This document shows, piece after piece, positions 1 through 8,368 of a stretch of DNA of 38,967 bases (within the stretch, counting starts at the first letter, position 1; each line of letters begins with the position of its first letter). Origin of the DNA: a virus (lineage: Duplodnaviria > Caudoviricetes). The stretch is from IMG/VR virus record IMGVR_UViG_3300025635_000008, positions 1 to 38,967 of that record; one strand, 5' to 3'. The position numbers were made by a program, and so were the translations under genes. Below the pieces are notes generated by a model, which saw only the letters and a list, made by a program, of their open reading frames with translations, made no database searches and had not been told where the DNA came from.

Positions 1-88
1 TGAAATGATTTCAAATCAACTCTCTCAATCAAGCTCCCCTCCGTACGGGTGGGGGCCTCTTTCCATGCAATCTTCTTGCCAATCGCCC
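1..88. repeat. Terminal direct repeat, copy 1 (identical to 38880-38967); circular assembly overlap
   Basis: The 88-nt sequence tgaaatgatt...aatcgccc occurs at both ends, and an ORF reads through the join. Confidence 0.95.
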
Positions 89-152
89 TCTCAAACTCTT
101 CCACGATCATTCTATCATATCTCTCTGCTAATCTTTCGCGCTCACTATTCAT
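1..152 (-). CDS. 5' part of a 93-aa hypothetical protein spanning the circular junction (152->1, then 38879->38750)
   Basis: Manual translation MNSERERLAE...LKSF|QSTSGEENQILLKNGSIIQF...GKYR*; its stop overlaps the TerS start (ATGA). Confidence 0.7.
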   Translation of the reverse strand, partial: MNSERERLAERYDRMIVEEFERAIGKKIAWKEAPTRTEGSLIERVDLKSF

Positions 153-333
153 ATTGATATCTATTCCAGCTTCTGATAATATCAATTATGTTATGTAAAT
201 CCAATCTCTCTTACTATCTTATTTATCATTCATTTTGATATGATTTGTATTACTGATAATCGTCTCACCATGAATTGGTATAACTCTAACTACCTTACCA
301 TTAGAATCATATTCAACCATTTTATACTTTACC

Positions 334-570
334 TTACTTATCTCTGAATATCTCATTGAGCTTAGGCAAGATTATATCTTTAAATACCTTCTTTTCTACC
401 ATCATTCTATTCTTAGACGGATGAAACTGTTGATCCGTTGACCATTTAACCCATGTTCCCAATTCTATCATCTCCGTCCCTCGTGATAACTTATCTTGAT
501 ATATGAAACGATAAGAATCGCCGAACCTAGTCAATTCAATAGGGTCACTCAATTCGGAAATGATATTCAT
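334..570 (-). CDS. Hypothetical protein, possibly PC4/YdbC-like ssDNA-binding
   Basis: 78 aa; IELGTWVKW...FHPSKNRMMV loosely resembles the PC4 fold pattern. Confidence 0.45.
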   Translation of the reverse strand: MNIISELSDPIELTRFGDSYRFIYQDKLSRGTEMIELGTWVKWSTDQQFHPSKNRMMVEKKVFKDIILPKLNEIFRDK

Positions 571-1134
571 ATATATCTATTATATAGTTAAGAAGTTAAA
601 GTGATACATTAAGATATTGATATTCTGCATGATCTAATCCTTTGATTTACTTTCCTTTACGATCTGATTGACTATAATTACTTAAAAACGATAGAGACAA
701 TCATAAAAACTTTTGAATCTATAGCCCTTTTTAATCCGTCCATGAATATTAAAAACATCGAATATCTTCAATTTGATACGGTTATTTTTATATGCCCGTC
801 GTTAGATGAGAATGGGCGCACTCAGAGCTAACACTATTTTTATGACATTTACCAAGTCTCAAACTATTATTTTTTAATTTCTAATCTTTTATAGGTGAAT
901 AGTTTCGATATAAAACCTATATTTAATTCTATTATTCTTTTATTATCTTAACAACATAAACTAGAGAGGCAATCAGGATCTAATACTATATTTTAATTGC
1001 TTTAATAGTTTATGGTGCTTACTTATTATGGTTAGAACTCTGCGTCCTCGGTCTTGGCTCGGTTTCCCAGCTCAGGGGCGTCACGGTCTCAAGAGCGTGC
1101 AGAAGTCTTCTTCTAACTTTATTTTGCTAACTAA

Positions 1135-1575
1135 CTAAAATTGTAATGATGCGTATTCTAAAGATACGCTATCTGATGCGTAATTCTTTGAAAGTTTATC
1201 AGCTTCCGTATTTCTTTCTCTAGGAATCCACTTGAATATAATTGATTTGAAATTCTTGACTAAATTTAAAGCTTTTAGAGAATTTTCAGCACAAATGCCC
1301 TTTGAAGGCTTTTTTTTGTTGATTGCATTTATGACTATTTCAGAATCGCCATAAATTAAAATACTCTCATCTTTGAGATTGTTGTCTAAAAGATACTCCA
1401 TCACGGAATTGGCGGCCTCATACTCAGCTACGTTATTTGAAATTAGCGTTTCATCTTGTATAGGCATTGATATTTTCTTCAAAAGCTTATCGTTCTTAAA
1501 AATAATCGCTCCAATCCCGCCCGTATAACCAGGGTTTGTAGGCATACACGAACCGTCAAAATAGGCCGTTATCAT
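1135..1575 (-). CDS. rnhA: Ribonuclease HI-family protein
   Basis: YFDGS, SNNVAEY, YGDSE and WIPRERNTEAD catalytic motifs. Confidence 0.9.
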   Translation of the reverse strand: MITAYFDGSCMPTNPGYTGGIGAIIFKNDKLLKKISMPIQDETLISNNVAEYEAANSVMEYLLDNNLKDESILIYGDSEIVINAINKKKPSKGICAENSLKALNLVKNFKSIIFKWIPRERNTEADKLSKNYASDSVSLEYASLQF

Positions 1576-1576
1576 A

Positions 1577-1894
1577 TCAATTTATTGAATTCCAGATTGC
1601 GCTTATGCCTTTGTGATAATAGGTGCTCTCGAATGAATGGCTGAAAGAATAGCCCGCGTCTTTGAAACGTTTATGATCTTTGTCCTGATCTCTAATGGTT
1701 TTGCTTGATGGATAAACGACTGGTAATTTTTCAATCTCTTCAATCGAAAGAATCTCCGATCCGCCTATCTTATAATGAGCCATTAAAAAGAAAACCATGC
1801 CTTCGGGTTTAAATCCGTTGACATGGCTCCGCGTTGATCGGACGCTGATATTTTCATTCCATACAAGTATACCATGAGTTAGATATCTTGTCAA
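1577..1894 (-). CDS. Hypothetical protein
   Basis: 105-aa ORF directly upstream of and co-oriented with RNase H. Confidence 0.5.
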   Translation of the reverse strand: MTRYLTHGILVWNENISVRSTRSHVNGFKPEGMVFFLMAHYKIGGSEILSIEEIEKLPVVYPSSKTIRDQDKDHKRFKDAGYSFSHSFESTYYHKGISAIWNSIN

Positions 1895-1920
1895 TATGGA
1901 TGAAACAATTTAACACCATC

Positions 1921-1955
1921 ATTTCAGTTGTCGCCATTTTGTCGATGACTGAAAT
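1921..1955. promoter_or_regulatory. Imperfect inverted repeat in the divergent control region (operator or terminator)
   Basis: atttcagttgtcg / cgatgactgaaat, followed by a T run. Confidence 0.45.
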
Positions 1956-1965
1956 TTTTATGCCC

Positions 1966-1994
1966 TTGACTTACTACCTTATATATACTATCAT
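1966..1994 (+). promoter_or_regulatory. Sigma70-type promoter for a near-leaderless micro-ORF
   Basis: TTGACT-17-TATCAT, with ATG 8 nt downstream. Confidence 0.65.
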
Positions 1995-2002
1995 CGTACT
2001 CT

Positions 2003-2164
2003 ATGAAAGAAAAGTTGTGTTCCTGTGGTAAAAAATTCGTTCCACTTCATCCCGCAATTAAGTTTCTGCATGAAGCTTGCCGACGTTCTTTGCGTCTTGC
2101 TCAATGGTCAAAATATAATAAATCCCGCACTCTCCGACGGAAAAGCAATATAAAAAATAAATAA
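2003..2164 (+). CDS. 53-aa Zn-finger/basic micro-protein (not in the ORF track)
   Basis: MKEKLCSCGKKFVPLHPAIKFLHEACRRSLR...; paralogous to 5355..5507. Confidence 0.65.
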   Translation: MKEKLCSCGKKFVPLHPAIKFLHEACRRSLRLAQWSKYNKSRTLRRKSNIKNK

Positions 2165-2172
2165 AATAACCC

Positions 2173-2201
2173 TTGACATTATAAAGATTATGTACTACAA
2201 T
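2173..2201 (+). promoter_or_regulatory. Strong sigma70-type early promoter
   Basis: TTGACA-17-TACAAT with an AT-rich upstream tract. Confidence 0.75.
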
Positions 2202-2241
2202 ATACTTAGTGGTAAGCAAAACAATAAAAGGAGATATTAAA

Positions 2242-2469
2242 ATGAAAGCATTTATACAAAGCGACATGAGCGGAAATTACTTTGTAAAAGCGGAGTCCGA
2301 AGAAAAGCTAGTAGATGCCATCCTTACAGATATTTTCGATGACGCCGAAGAAAAAAGCATGGGTGAAGTCAGAGAAGAAATTGAAGATAGCATCCAAGAG
2401 ATAAAAAGTTTTGGAAATCTTTTATCTTTTTGTCGTGAGTACGGAATTCCAAAAAAGAGGGGAAAATAA
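2242..2469 (+). CDS. Small acidic early protein
   Basis: AAGGAG SD before ATG 2242; D/E-rich middle. Confidence 0.7.
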   Translation: MKAFIQSDMSGNYFVKAESEEKLVDAILTDIFDDAEEKSMGEVREEIEDSIQEIKSFGNLLSFCREYGIPKKRGK

Positions 2470-2490
2470 TCATATTAAGGAGACGACAAA

Positions 2491-2808
2491 ATGAACGCAA
2501 CGCATGAATTAAAATCAGTTTGGAAGGGTTCAATCAATACCCTGTCAATGGTAGCGCGTGAAATTGCAGAGCGTTGGGGTGATGAAGCTGTCAAAATATA
2601 TGATCCGCAAGTAAATTGTTTTACTTTCAATAGGTGGCAACAAATGGGATATAAGGTAAATCGTGGCGAGAAGGCAATACGTTCTGTAACCTTTATAGGA
2701 GGAAGTGAGACTATCGGCGATAATGGCGAGAAGAAAATGACGGGCGGTTCAGAAATACTTTGTGCCACTTGTATGACGGACTCTCTATCTGAAGGGCGTG
2801 ACGCATGA
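2491..2808 (+). CDS. ArdC-like N-terminal ssDNA-binding (anti-restriction) domain protein; C-terminus may be rearranged
   Basis: TFNRWQQMGYKVNRGEKAI matches the ArdC-N TFxQW-G-V-KGEK motif; good SD. Confidence 0.7.
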   Translation: MNATHELKSVWKGSINTLSMVAREIAERWGDEAVKIYDPQVNCFTFNRWQQMGYKVNRGEKAIRSVTFIGGSETIGDNGEKKMTGGSEILCATCMTDSLSEGRDA

Positions 2809-2967
2809 ACGGGCGCGTGATGTCCGCCTTGTGGCTTATCTCTAGGCATTGGCCATTATCCCAAGTGCATGACGGGACGGCGTCTCGTATCGTGCTGGAG
2901 GCGGTTAAGAATCTTTCAGCAGTGGAGTTTCGAGACTTACTTACAATATATAAAGGAGATTAATAAA

Positions 2968-3915
2968 ATGGATATCAAAATGTATGAAATGGACGGGAAT
3001 GGGAAAATGGTTCTTTTGGATGTTCCTAACAATAGTGTTAAAAATAATCTTGCCATTGGTTCGGTTTTGCTTTGGGGAGGAAATCAGGCCTGGCCGTCTC
3101 AAGAATATGCGATTGTGGGCCGTACTTCAAACGATTGGGGCGTCAATTATTCGCTCATATCCTTAAAAAACTATGGTCAGACTTCAACGGAAGCGCATGG
3201 TCTGAAATATAAGAATGATAAAAACGTTTGGCATAGTCAGCATTTTTTCATTCTAGATAAGAGCGTCTCCACTGATGAAGTCTTAGACTTGATTGAGAAA
3301 AACAAGATTAAGCAAAAGCATGAAATCGAAGCGAAGGAACTTGAATCCATGCGAAAGCAAACCCAGAGCCAAAAAGAGGTTGTGGCTAATCCTGACCTTG
3401 TGACCATTAAAAATGGCGGTTCAGCGACTAAGAACATAAAAAAAGAATTGAAAAAGGCATTTCCAAAAGTCTCCTTTTCCGTCAGGCACAAGTCATTTGC
3501 GGGTGGCGATTCTATTGACATTTCATGGAATGATGGGCCATTGAGTGAAGAAGTCAGCAAAATAACCGACAAGTATGAAGAGGGAAGTTTTGACGGCATG
3601 AATGACATTTACGAATATAATCATCGGGAAACATGGACAGATAATTTTGGTGGCGCAAAATATGTCCATGCTCAGCGTGACTTATCAGCAAAGGCGTATA
3701 TTTATGCCGCTTGGAAATATTGTAAAAGTGAAGGATATAAAATGCCCAAAATAACAGTCAGACGATCTTGGGATAAAAAATCCTATCATGCTTTTATCGA
3801 AGATTGTAACGATGTCAAATATACTGAGATGAGGGGCCGATCTAATTGGACGTTGTCGCAATCAATTAACCAATACGCCCATAGTTTAGACTATACGGAA
3901 ATATTTAAGTATTAA
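2968..3915 (+). CDS. LPD29 (large polyvalent protein-associated domain) protein
   Basis: KNIKKELKKAFPKVSFSVR...SIDISWNDGP...GSFDGMNDIYEY; AAGGAG SD before ATG 2968. Confidence 0.75.
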   Translation: MDIKMYEMDGNGKMVLLDVPNNSVKNNLAIGSVLLWGGNQAWPSQEYAIVGRTSNDWGVNYSLISLKNYGQTSTEAHGLKYKNDKNVWHSQHFFILDKSVSTDEVLDLIEKNKIKQKHEIEAKELESMRKQTQSQKEVVANPDLVTIKNGGSATKNIKKELKKAFPKVSFSVRHKSFAGGDSIDISWNDGPLSEEVSKITDKYEEGSFDGMNDIYEYNHRETWTDNFGGAKYVHAQRDLSAKAYIYAAWKYCKSEGYKMPKITVRRSWDKKSYHAFIEDCNDVKYTEMRGRSNWTLSQSINQYAHSLDYTEIFKY

Positions 3916-3921
3916 AAGGAG

Positions 3922-4059
3922 ATTGAGACGATAACTATTCAATGGCGCGACACTCTTGGAGATTGGCATAACTTAGTATGTCCCGATTGCAACGGGGTAG
4001 GAAGCGTTCCCAGCATCATAGACGGATATGATTTATGCGAAACGTGCGGAGGGAAATGA
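3922..4059 (+). CDS. Small DnaJ-type Zn-finger ORF lacking a canonical start codon
   Basis: CPDCNGVG...CETCGGK*; SD AAGGAG is present but only ATT/ATA codons follow in frame. Confidence 0.45.
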   Translation: METITIQWRDTLGDWHNLVCPDCNGVGSVPSIIDGYDLCETCGGK

Positions 4060-4211
4060 ACTTTACATTCGGGCGGACATTTCATAAGTGCGAATTATGC
4101 TCAAGGGCGTTTTATGCTCACAAGTGGCGAAAGCAAAAATTTTGCTCGAAGTCGTGTAAGACTAAAAATCAATGGAGGAAATCAAAATGGAAAAATACGA
4201 TACAGTGTTAA
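4056..4211 (+). CDS. 51-aa Zn-finger micro-protein
   Basis: CELCSRAFYAHKWRKQKFCSKSC; ATGA overlap with the upstream ORF. Confidence 0.6.
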   Translation: MNFTFGRTFHKCELCSRAFYAHKWRKQKFCSKSCKTKNQWRKSKWKNTIQC

Positions 4212-4669
4212 AAACAAAAGATGAAACATTAGAGGCTTTAAAACAGTTAAGGGGTAACGATTGGTTAAAAAACTTTTCTGAATGGGTGCTTATAGAATAT
4301 GAGGAGTTTATTAAAACTGGAGAATATCCGTATTTAAGGCAAGTTTGTAAATTCATAAATGAGCGGAATGGCCTAAACTATGATTTAGAAAACTCCACAT
4401 TATCCGGTCTTGTTTATAATGCGGCGTGTGTTTATAGGGAAAGAAAAGAAATATCCGAAGGATGGATGGAAAGCACTCCTGAAAACTTGGAACCATTTAT
4501 AAATAAATTTGTAGAAAAGAAATTTGACTCGATTATAGGATTGGGTATTTCTAAAAGAAAGGTTGTAAAGGTTGGAGATAGGTTTTACTTTATGAAACCT
4601 CGCGCGCGTACTCGTGGGTGTTTTGCTACATGGGATCAAAAATTTCGCCCTTTAAGAGAGGGAGTATAA
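4187..4669 (+). CDS. Hypothetical protein
   Basis: GGAGG SD before ATG 4187. Confidence 0.7.
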   Translation: MEKYDTVLKTKDETLEALKQLRGNDWLKNFSEWVLIEYEEFIKTGEYPYLRQVCKFINERNGLNYDLENSTLSGLVYNAACVYRERKEISEGWMESTPENLEPFINKFVEKKFDSIIGLGISKRKVVKVGDRFYFMKPRARTRGCFATWDQKFRPLREGV

Positions 4670-4670
4670 C

Positions 4671-5315
4671 ATGAAATATCTAATCCTAATATATTTCTAT
4701 CTTGCTATCGGGCTATTTATTTTTTCCTCTGCTATGGCTCACGCTCAATTCCGTCCTTTTATTGGTTTAGGCATGGGGCGAATGAACGAAACGCCAGAAA
4801 TCTATCAAGCAAGTCCACAGATTGCGTTTGGCGGGCTTGAAATTGGGCGTCTAGGGGCATCAATGTCCTTTTGCCACTTGGACCAGTCCAATAAGCCACA
4901 AACCATGTTTCCGGGCCAAATTGACGTGACGCCGGTATCTTTATCAGGATATCTCAAAATCCCCATAACAAAGCGATTAATATTCAATGCCGGCGGTGGC
5001 GGTTCCTACATAATGGCAAAGCATTATCTGGACTCGTCCATCACCGAGGCGTCCGGCACTCAGGGCGTTAGGATATCGGACGAAATTAAAAGCGGGTTCG
5101 GTTTCAATGCCATCGGCGGGCTCGACTACCGCGTCACTCGAAACTGTTCAATCGGCGCAAACGTCGTGCAGATTTTTTATGACACAAAAATAATCACGAC
5201 AGAGAAAACCGTAGAATATAATACTAAGAGAGATTACCTAAAAGATTTTGTAACAGAGAATCCATTAAACCTCGACATGACCATGATTTTTATGACGGCG
5301 AAGGTTTATTTTTAA
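4671..5315 (+). CDS. Outer-membrane beta-barrel protein (OmpW/Lom-like)
   Basis: Signal peptide ending AHA, alternating amphipathic strands, GGLDYRV, C-terminal aromatic motif KVYF. Confidence 0.8.
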   Translation: MKYLILIYFYLAIGLFIFSSAMAHAQFRPFIGLGMGRMNETPEIYQASPQIAFGGLEIGRLGASMSFCHLDQSNKPQTMFPGQIDVTPVSLSGYLKIPITKRLIFNAGGGGSYIMAKHYLDSSITEASGTQGVRISDEIKSGFGFNAIGGLDYRVTRNCSIGANVVQIFYDTKIITTEKTVEYNTKRDYLKDFVTENPLNLDMTMIFMTAKVYF

Positions 5316-5318
5316 TTG

Positions 5319-5347
5319 TTGTAATATATATTTATATATGCTATCAT
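5319..5347 (+). promoter_or_regulatory. Extended -10 promoter for a near-leaderless micro-ORF
   Basis: TTGTAA-17-TATCAT with a TG extension; ATG 7 nt downstream. Confidence 0.6.
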
Positions 5348-5354
5348 CATCCAT

Positions 5355-5507
5355 ATGAGAAATATTGATTGCAAAATTTGCGGTAAAGAATTCACGCCCG
5401 ATCATCCTCGGAGGTTGTACCATTTCCCGAAATGTCGCACGATCAGGAATAATCAGTTGGTTCAAGAGTTCCGAAGCCGTCGCAAACAATTAACACGGAT
5501 TGCGTGA
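5355..5507 (+). CDS. 50-aa Zn-finger/basic micro-protein (not in the ORF track)
   Basis: MRNIDCKICGKEFTPDHPRRLYHFPKCRTIR...; paralogous to 2003..2164. Confidence 0.65.
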   Translation: MRNIDCKICGKEFTPDHPRRLYHFPKCRTIRNNQLVQEFRSRRKQLTRIA

Positions 5508-5550
5508 TGAATAAATGTATTGCGAGCAAAAAAATAGAAATAATATATAT

Positions 5551-5631
5551 GAGTAGCCGTGTAACCGATCGGGCTAACGCTCGTAAAATCGTCCACGGGT
5601 CTGGTGTTTATCGGAGTTCGCCAGCCCACTC
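5551..5631 (+). ncRNA. Candidate structured intergenic RNA
   Basis: Closing stem gagt/actc, stems ccgtg/cacgg and ggtctggtg/cgccagcc; GC-rich island in an AT-rich spacer. Confidence 0.4.
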
Positions 5632-5638
5632 AATTTCC

Positions 5639-5663
5639 AACTGTTAAGTAATCCTTAACAGTT
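5639..5663. promoter_or_regulatory. Perfect 10-bp inverted repeat (operator or hairpin)
   Basis: aactgttaag-taatc-cttaacagtt. Confidence 0.5.
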
Positions 5664-5685
5664 AAAATAATAAGGAGGGATAAAA

Positions 5686-5994
5686 ATGATATTCGGCCCT
5701 AATCTTGATAATTATAGTTTTAAAAATGGTGATTCTGCTATAGGAGACAATAAAATGAGACAGTCGGATCTTGGTAAATGGGCACGGGAACATGATTCGG
5801 AGCCATTCAAAATAGACGACGGCATGAAACATTTAGAAATTAGAATCTATCGGAGCCATATCGGTATCGTGGATGATAGGGGTTGTACCCTTGCGAGTAT
5901 TTCTGGCGGAATATCAGATCAATCCCTTGAGACTGCTACCAAGATTGTATGCGGATATAATTATTTTATAGATCACCTAGCTAAAAATGATTGA
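5686..5994 (+). CDS. Hypothetical protein
   Basis: AAGGAGG SD; possible internal start near 5755. Confidence 0.6.
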   Translation: MIFGPNLDNYSFKNGDSAIGDNKMRQSDLGKWAREHDSEPFKIDDGMKHLEIRIYRSHIGIVDDRGCTLASISGGISDQSLETATKIVCGYNYFIDHLAKND

Positions 5995-6172
5995 ATCAAC
6001 ATCATTCCAAAATATAATGCTTTGCATATGCGCAGGGCTTACAATAATTGTTGCAACGCTAGCAATTTGTGCGTATATTTTTCTAGGTGTGGATCATAAA
6101 ATATCAGAATCAAAACCCTGCATATGTGGCGGAGTTCACTCGAAGAAATCAAAGCTGAAAGAATTAAAATAA
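5987..6172 (+). CDS. Small single-TM membrane protein
   Basis: Hydrophobic stretch; overlaps the upstream stop. Confidence 0.55.
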   Translation: MIESTSFQNIMLCICAGLTIIVATLAICAYIFLGVDHKISESKPCICGGVHSKKSKLKELK

Positions 6173-6175
6173 TGA

Positions 6176-6204
6176 TTGACATTAAATCAGTAATAATATA
6201 CACT
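6176..6204 (+). promoter_or_regulatory. Sigma70-type promoter of the recombination operon
   Basis: TTGACA-17-TACACT. Confidence 0.7.
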
Positions 6205-6247
6205 ATATCTACAGTAAGCAATTATTCTAATATTGGAGGATAAAAAT

Positions 6248-6412
6248 ATGACATTCCAGATTGACCCTGATGACATCCGTGATCCGCAACCGCCGACGGC
6301 GTTGGAGGAGATGACCGAGGAAGAAATTGAGCAAGCGGAGGCGGATGAGTATGACGAGGCCGACACAAAAAATGATGAGGATTATTACAGGAATTGGGAC
6401 GCTAAAGGATAA
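6248..6412 (+). CDS. 54-aa highly acidic micro-protein (not in the ORF track)
   Basis: GGAGG SD; MTFQIDPDDIRDPQPPTALEEMTEEEIEQAEADEYDEADTKNDEDYYRNWDAKG. Confidence 0.7.
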   Translation: MTFQIDPDDIRDPQPPTALEEMTEEEIEQAEADEYDEADTKNDEDYYRNWDAKG

Positions 6413-6414
6413 AT

Positions 6415-6579
6415 ATGAATATCAATCAATTTATTAAGATACTCGAAGAGATACAATGCAGGATAGCCGATGTAAGAATCGCTTGCACGGATGCCGAAGC
6501 GGCTATTCTTGAAGCGAAAATAGAAATTACAAGAGAAGTTAAGCGGATGAACAAAAATTTGAAGGGAGGATCAAAATGA
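6415..6579 (+). CDS. 54-aa helical micro-protein
   Basis: MNINQFIKILEEIQCR...; ATGA overlap with ERF. Confidence 0.6.
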   Translation: MNINQFIKILEEIQCRIADVRIACTDAEAAILEAKIEITREVKRMNKNLKGGSK

Positions 6580-7295
6580 AGACGAAGTTGATCGAGGAAT
6601 TGGTTGTCGCTGATCCCGTGAATGTGTCTATCTCACCGCTGGAAACTATCCAGAAGGCCATTGCGGGTGGTGCTGATCTTGAGAAACTTGAGAAGCTATT
6701 AACACTTCAAGAGCGTTGGGAAGCGAGTGAAGCGAAGAAGGCCTATCATAGAGCCATGACCGCTTTTAAGGCCAACCCGCCTGAAATTGAGAAGGACAAA
6801 ACTGTAGCATTTGGGAATACAAAGTATAATCATGCCTCACTTGCCAACGTGACGGCGAAGATAAACGGAGCATTGAGTCTGCACGGCTTGTCCGCCTCTT
6901 GGATCGTAAATCAGAACGGGGCTGTATCGGTAACGTGCAAAATCACACACGAGCAGGGACATAGCGAGGAAACGACATTGACGGCCCCCATCGATGTCTC
7001 AGGCTCAAAGAACGCTATCCAGGCCATCGGCTCGACCATTAGCTATTTATCCAGATATTCACTCCTTTGCATAACAGGGCTTGCGACACAGGACATGGAT
7101 GACGACGGACAGGCCGTTACAGAGAAGGTCAACGAGGAAGACGTGCAGAAAATCAATGTCTTGCTATCCGAAGTCGATATCAATATCGCCAAATTCCTCG
7201 AATATATGAAGATTGAGCGATTGGAGGATATGACTAAATCGGACATGAGGAAGGCACTCAATGCGATTGAGGCCAAGCGGACGGTGAAGAAGTGA
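6576..7295 (+). CDS. erf: ERF-family single-strand annealing protein
   Basis: KYNHASLANV, HEQGHSE and QAIGSTISYLSRYSL...DDDG ERF signature. Confidence 0.9.
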   Translation: MKTKLIEELVVADPVNVSISPLETIQKAIAGGADLEKLEKLLTLQERWEASEAKKAYHRAMTAFKANPPEIEKDKTVAFGNTKYNHASLANVTAKINGALSLHGLSASWIVNQNGAVSVTCKITHEQGHSEETTLTAPIDVSGSKNAIQAIGSTISYLSRYSLLCITGLATQDMDDDGQAVTEKVNEEDVQKINVLLSEVDINIAKFLEYMKIERLEDMTKSDMRKALNAIEAKRTVKK

Positions 7296-7897
7296 AGATT
7301 ATAAACGTCGTCCAGGGATCGGAAGAGTGGCTATCAGCCAGATGCGGTATTCCTACGGCTTCAAATTTTGACAAGCTTGTGACCACTAAAGGCGAGCCGT
7401 CTAAGCAATGGCGCAAATATCTATTGCAATTAGCGGGAGAGAGCGTTGCGGGCAAGCAAGAGGAAACGTACAAAAACGCCGCTATGATTAGAGGCAATGA
7501 AATGGAGGCCGAGGCCCGTTCATTTTACGAATTGACGACGGGTAAAACGGTTGAGCTTGTCGGGTTTTGCGAATCAGAAGGCAAGGCAAGATATGGCGCC
7601 TCTCCTGATGGCTTTGTCGGCGACGACGGTATTATCGAGATTAAGTGCCCAATGATGGCTACCCATGTTTCCTACCTTGTAGATGGCGGGTTGGATATGG
7701 AATACTTTCAGCAAGTACAAGGGGAATTGCTTGTAACAGGCCGTAAATGGTGCGATATAATTTCATATTATCCAGCTATCAGACCTCTGGTAGTTCGGGT
7801 CGAGCCGATAAAAGACTTTCAGGACAAATTGAGTGAACACTTGGTTACGTTTTGTAACCAACTTACTGATCTTATCAAACAAATAAAAGGAGAATAA
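7292..7897 (+). CDS. YqaJ/lambda-exonuclease family protein
   Basis: QGSEEWLSARCG, GASPDG, IEIKCP, QVQG motifs. Confidence 0.92.
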   Translation: MKIINVVQGSEEWLSARCGIPTASNFDKLVTTKGEPSKQWRKYLLQLAGESVAGKQEETYKNAAMIRGNEMEAEARSFYELTTGKTVELVGFCESEGKARYGASPDGFVGDDGIIEIKCPMMATHVSYLVDGGLDMEYFQQVQGELLVTGRKWCDIISYYPAIRPLVVRVEPIKDFQDKLSEHLVTFCNQLTDLIKQIKGE

Positions 7898-7900
7898 AAT

Positions 7901-8251
7901 ATGAAAGAGATTATTACAGGTAATGGGCCGTTAGAAGAAGGGCCGTATGAGTTTACGGTTATTGGCGTACCAGAGAAGCATATGCTCCCTAACAATGGAT
8001 TTAAGCGAATCTGGAATTTAGGTTATATTGGTAAGAATGGTGAAACTACAAAGAAATTTCACCTGTTTGGGAATCAATATAATTCTATTGTCTTGGCTAT
8101 CGGAGGAAAGAAAGTGGGGAATGATGTCGAGTGGGATGACGAACAGGTGGAAGGAAGGACATTTTCATGCACTCTCAAGGTTACGAAGTCGAAGGATGGA
8201 AAGTTTGATAACTACTATTTTGAGAACTGTCAGCCTATTGTACCCTTTTGA
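7901..8251 (+). CDS. Putative phage ssDNA-binding protein (OB-fold-like)
   Basis: Position after SSAP and exonuclease; PLEEGPYEFTV start and C-terminal VPF. Confidence 0.55.
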   Translation: MKEIITGNGPLEEGPYEFTVIGVPEKHMLPNNGFKRIWNLGYIGKNGETTKKFHLFGNQYNSIVLAIGGKKVGNDVEWDDEQVEGRTFSCTLKVTKSKDGKFDNYYFENCQPIVPF

Positions 8252-8368
8252 ACCATTCTAGTCTATGATCGTCAGCGCATCCATCTGCATCCTATGTTTC
8301 AGCGTGATTGTCGTAAAGTGTATCAAGGCGAAGAAGAAAGTTTATAAAAGGAGCGTGAAGATAATACT

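Noticed and set aside
1-88. Biological terminal repeats of the T7 type
   Set aside because: The repeat falls inside an ORF that continues across the join, so it is more simply an assembly overlap
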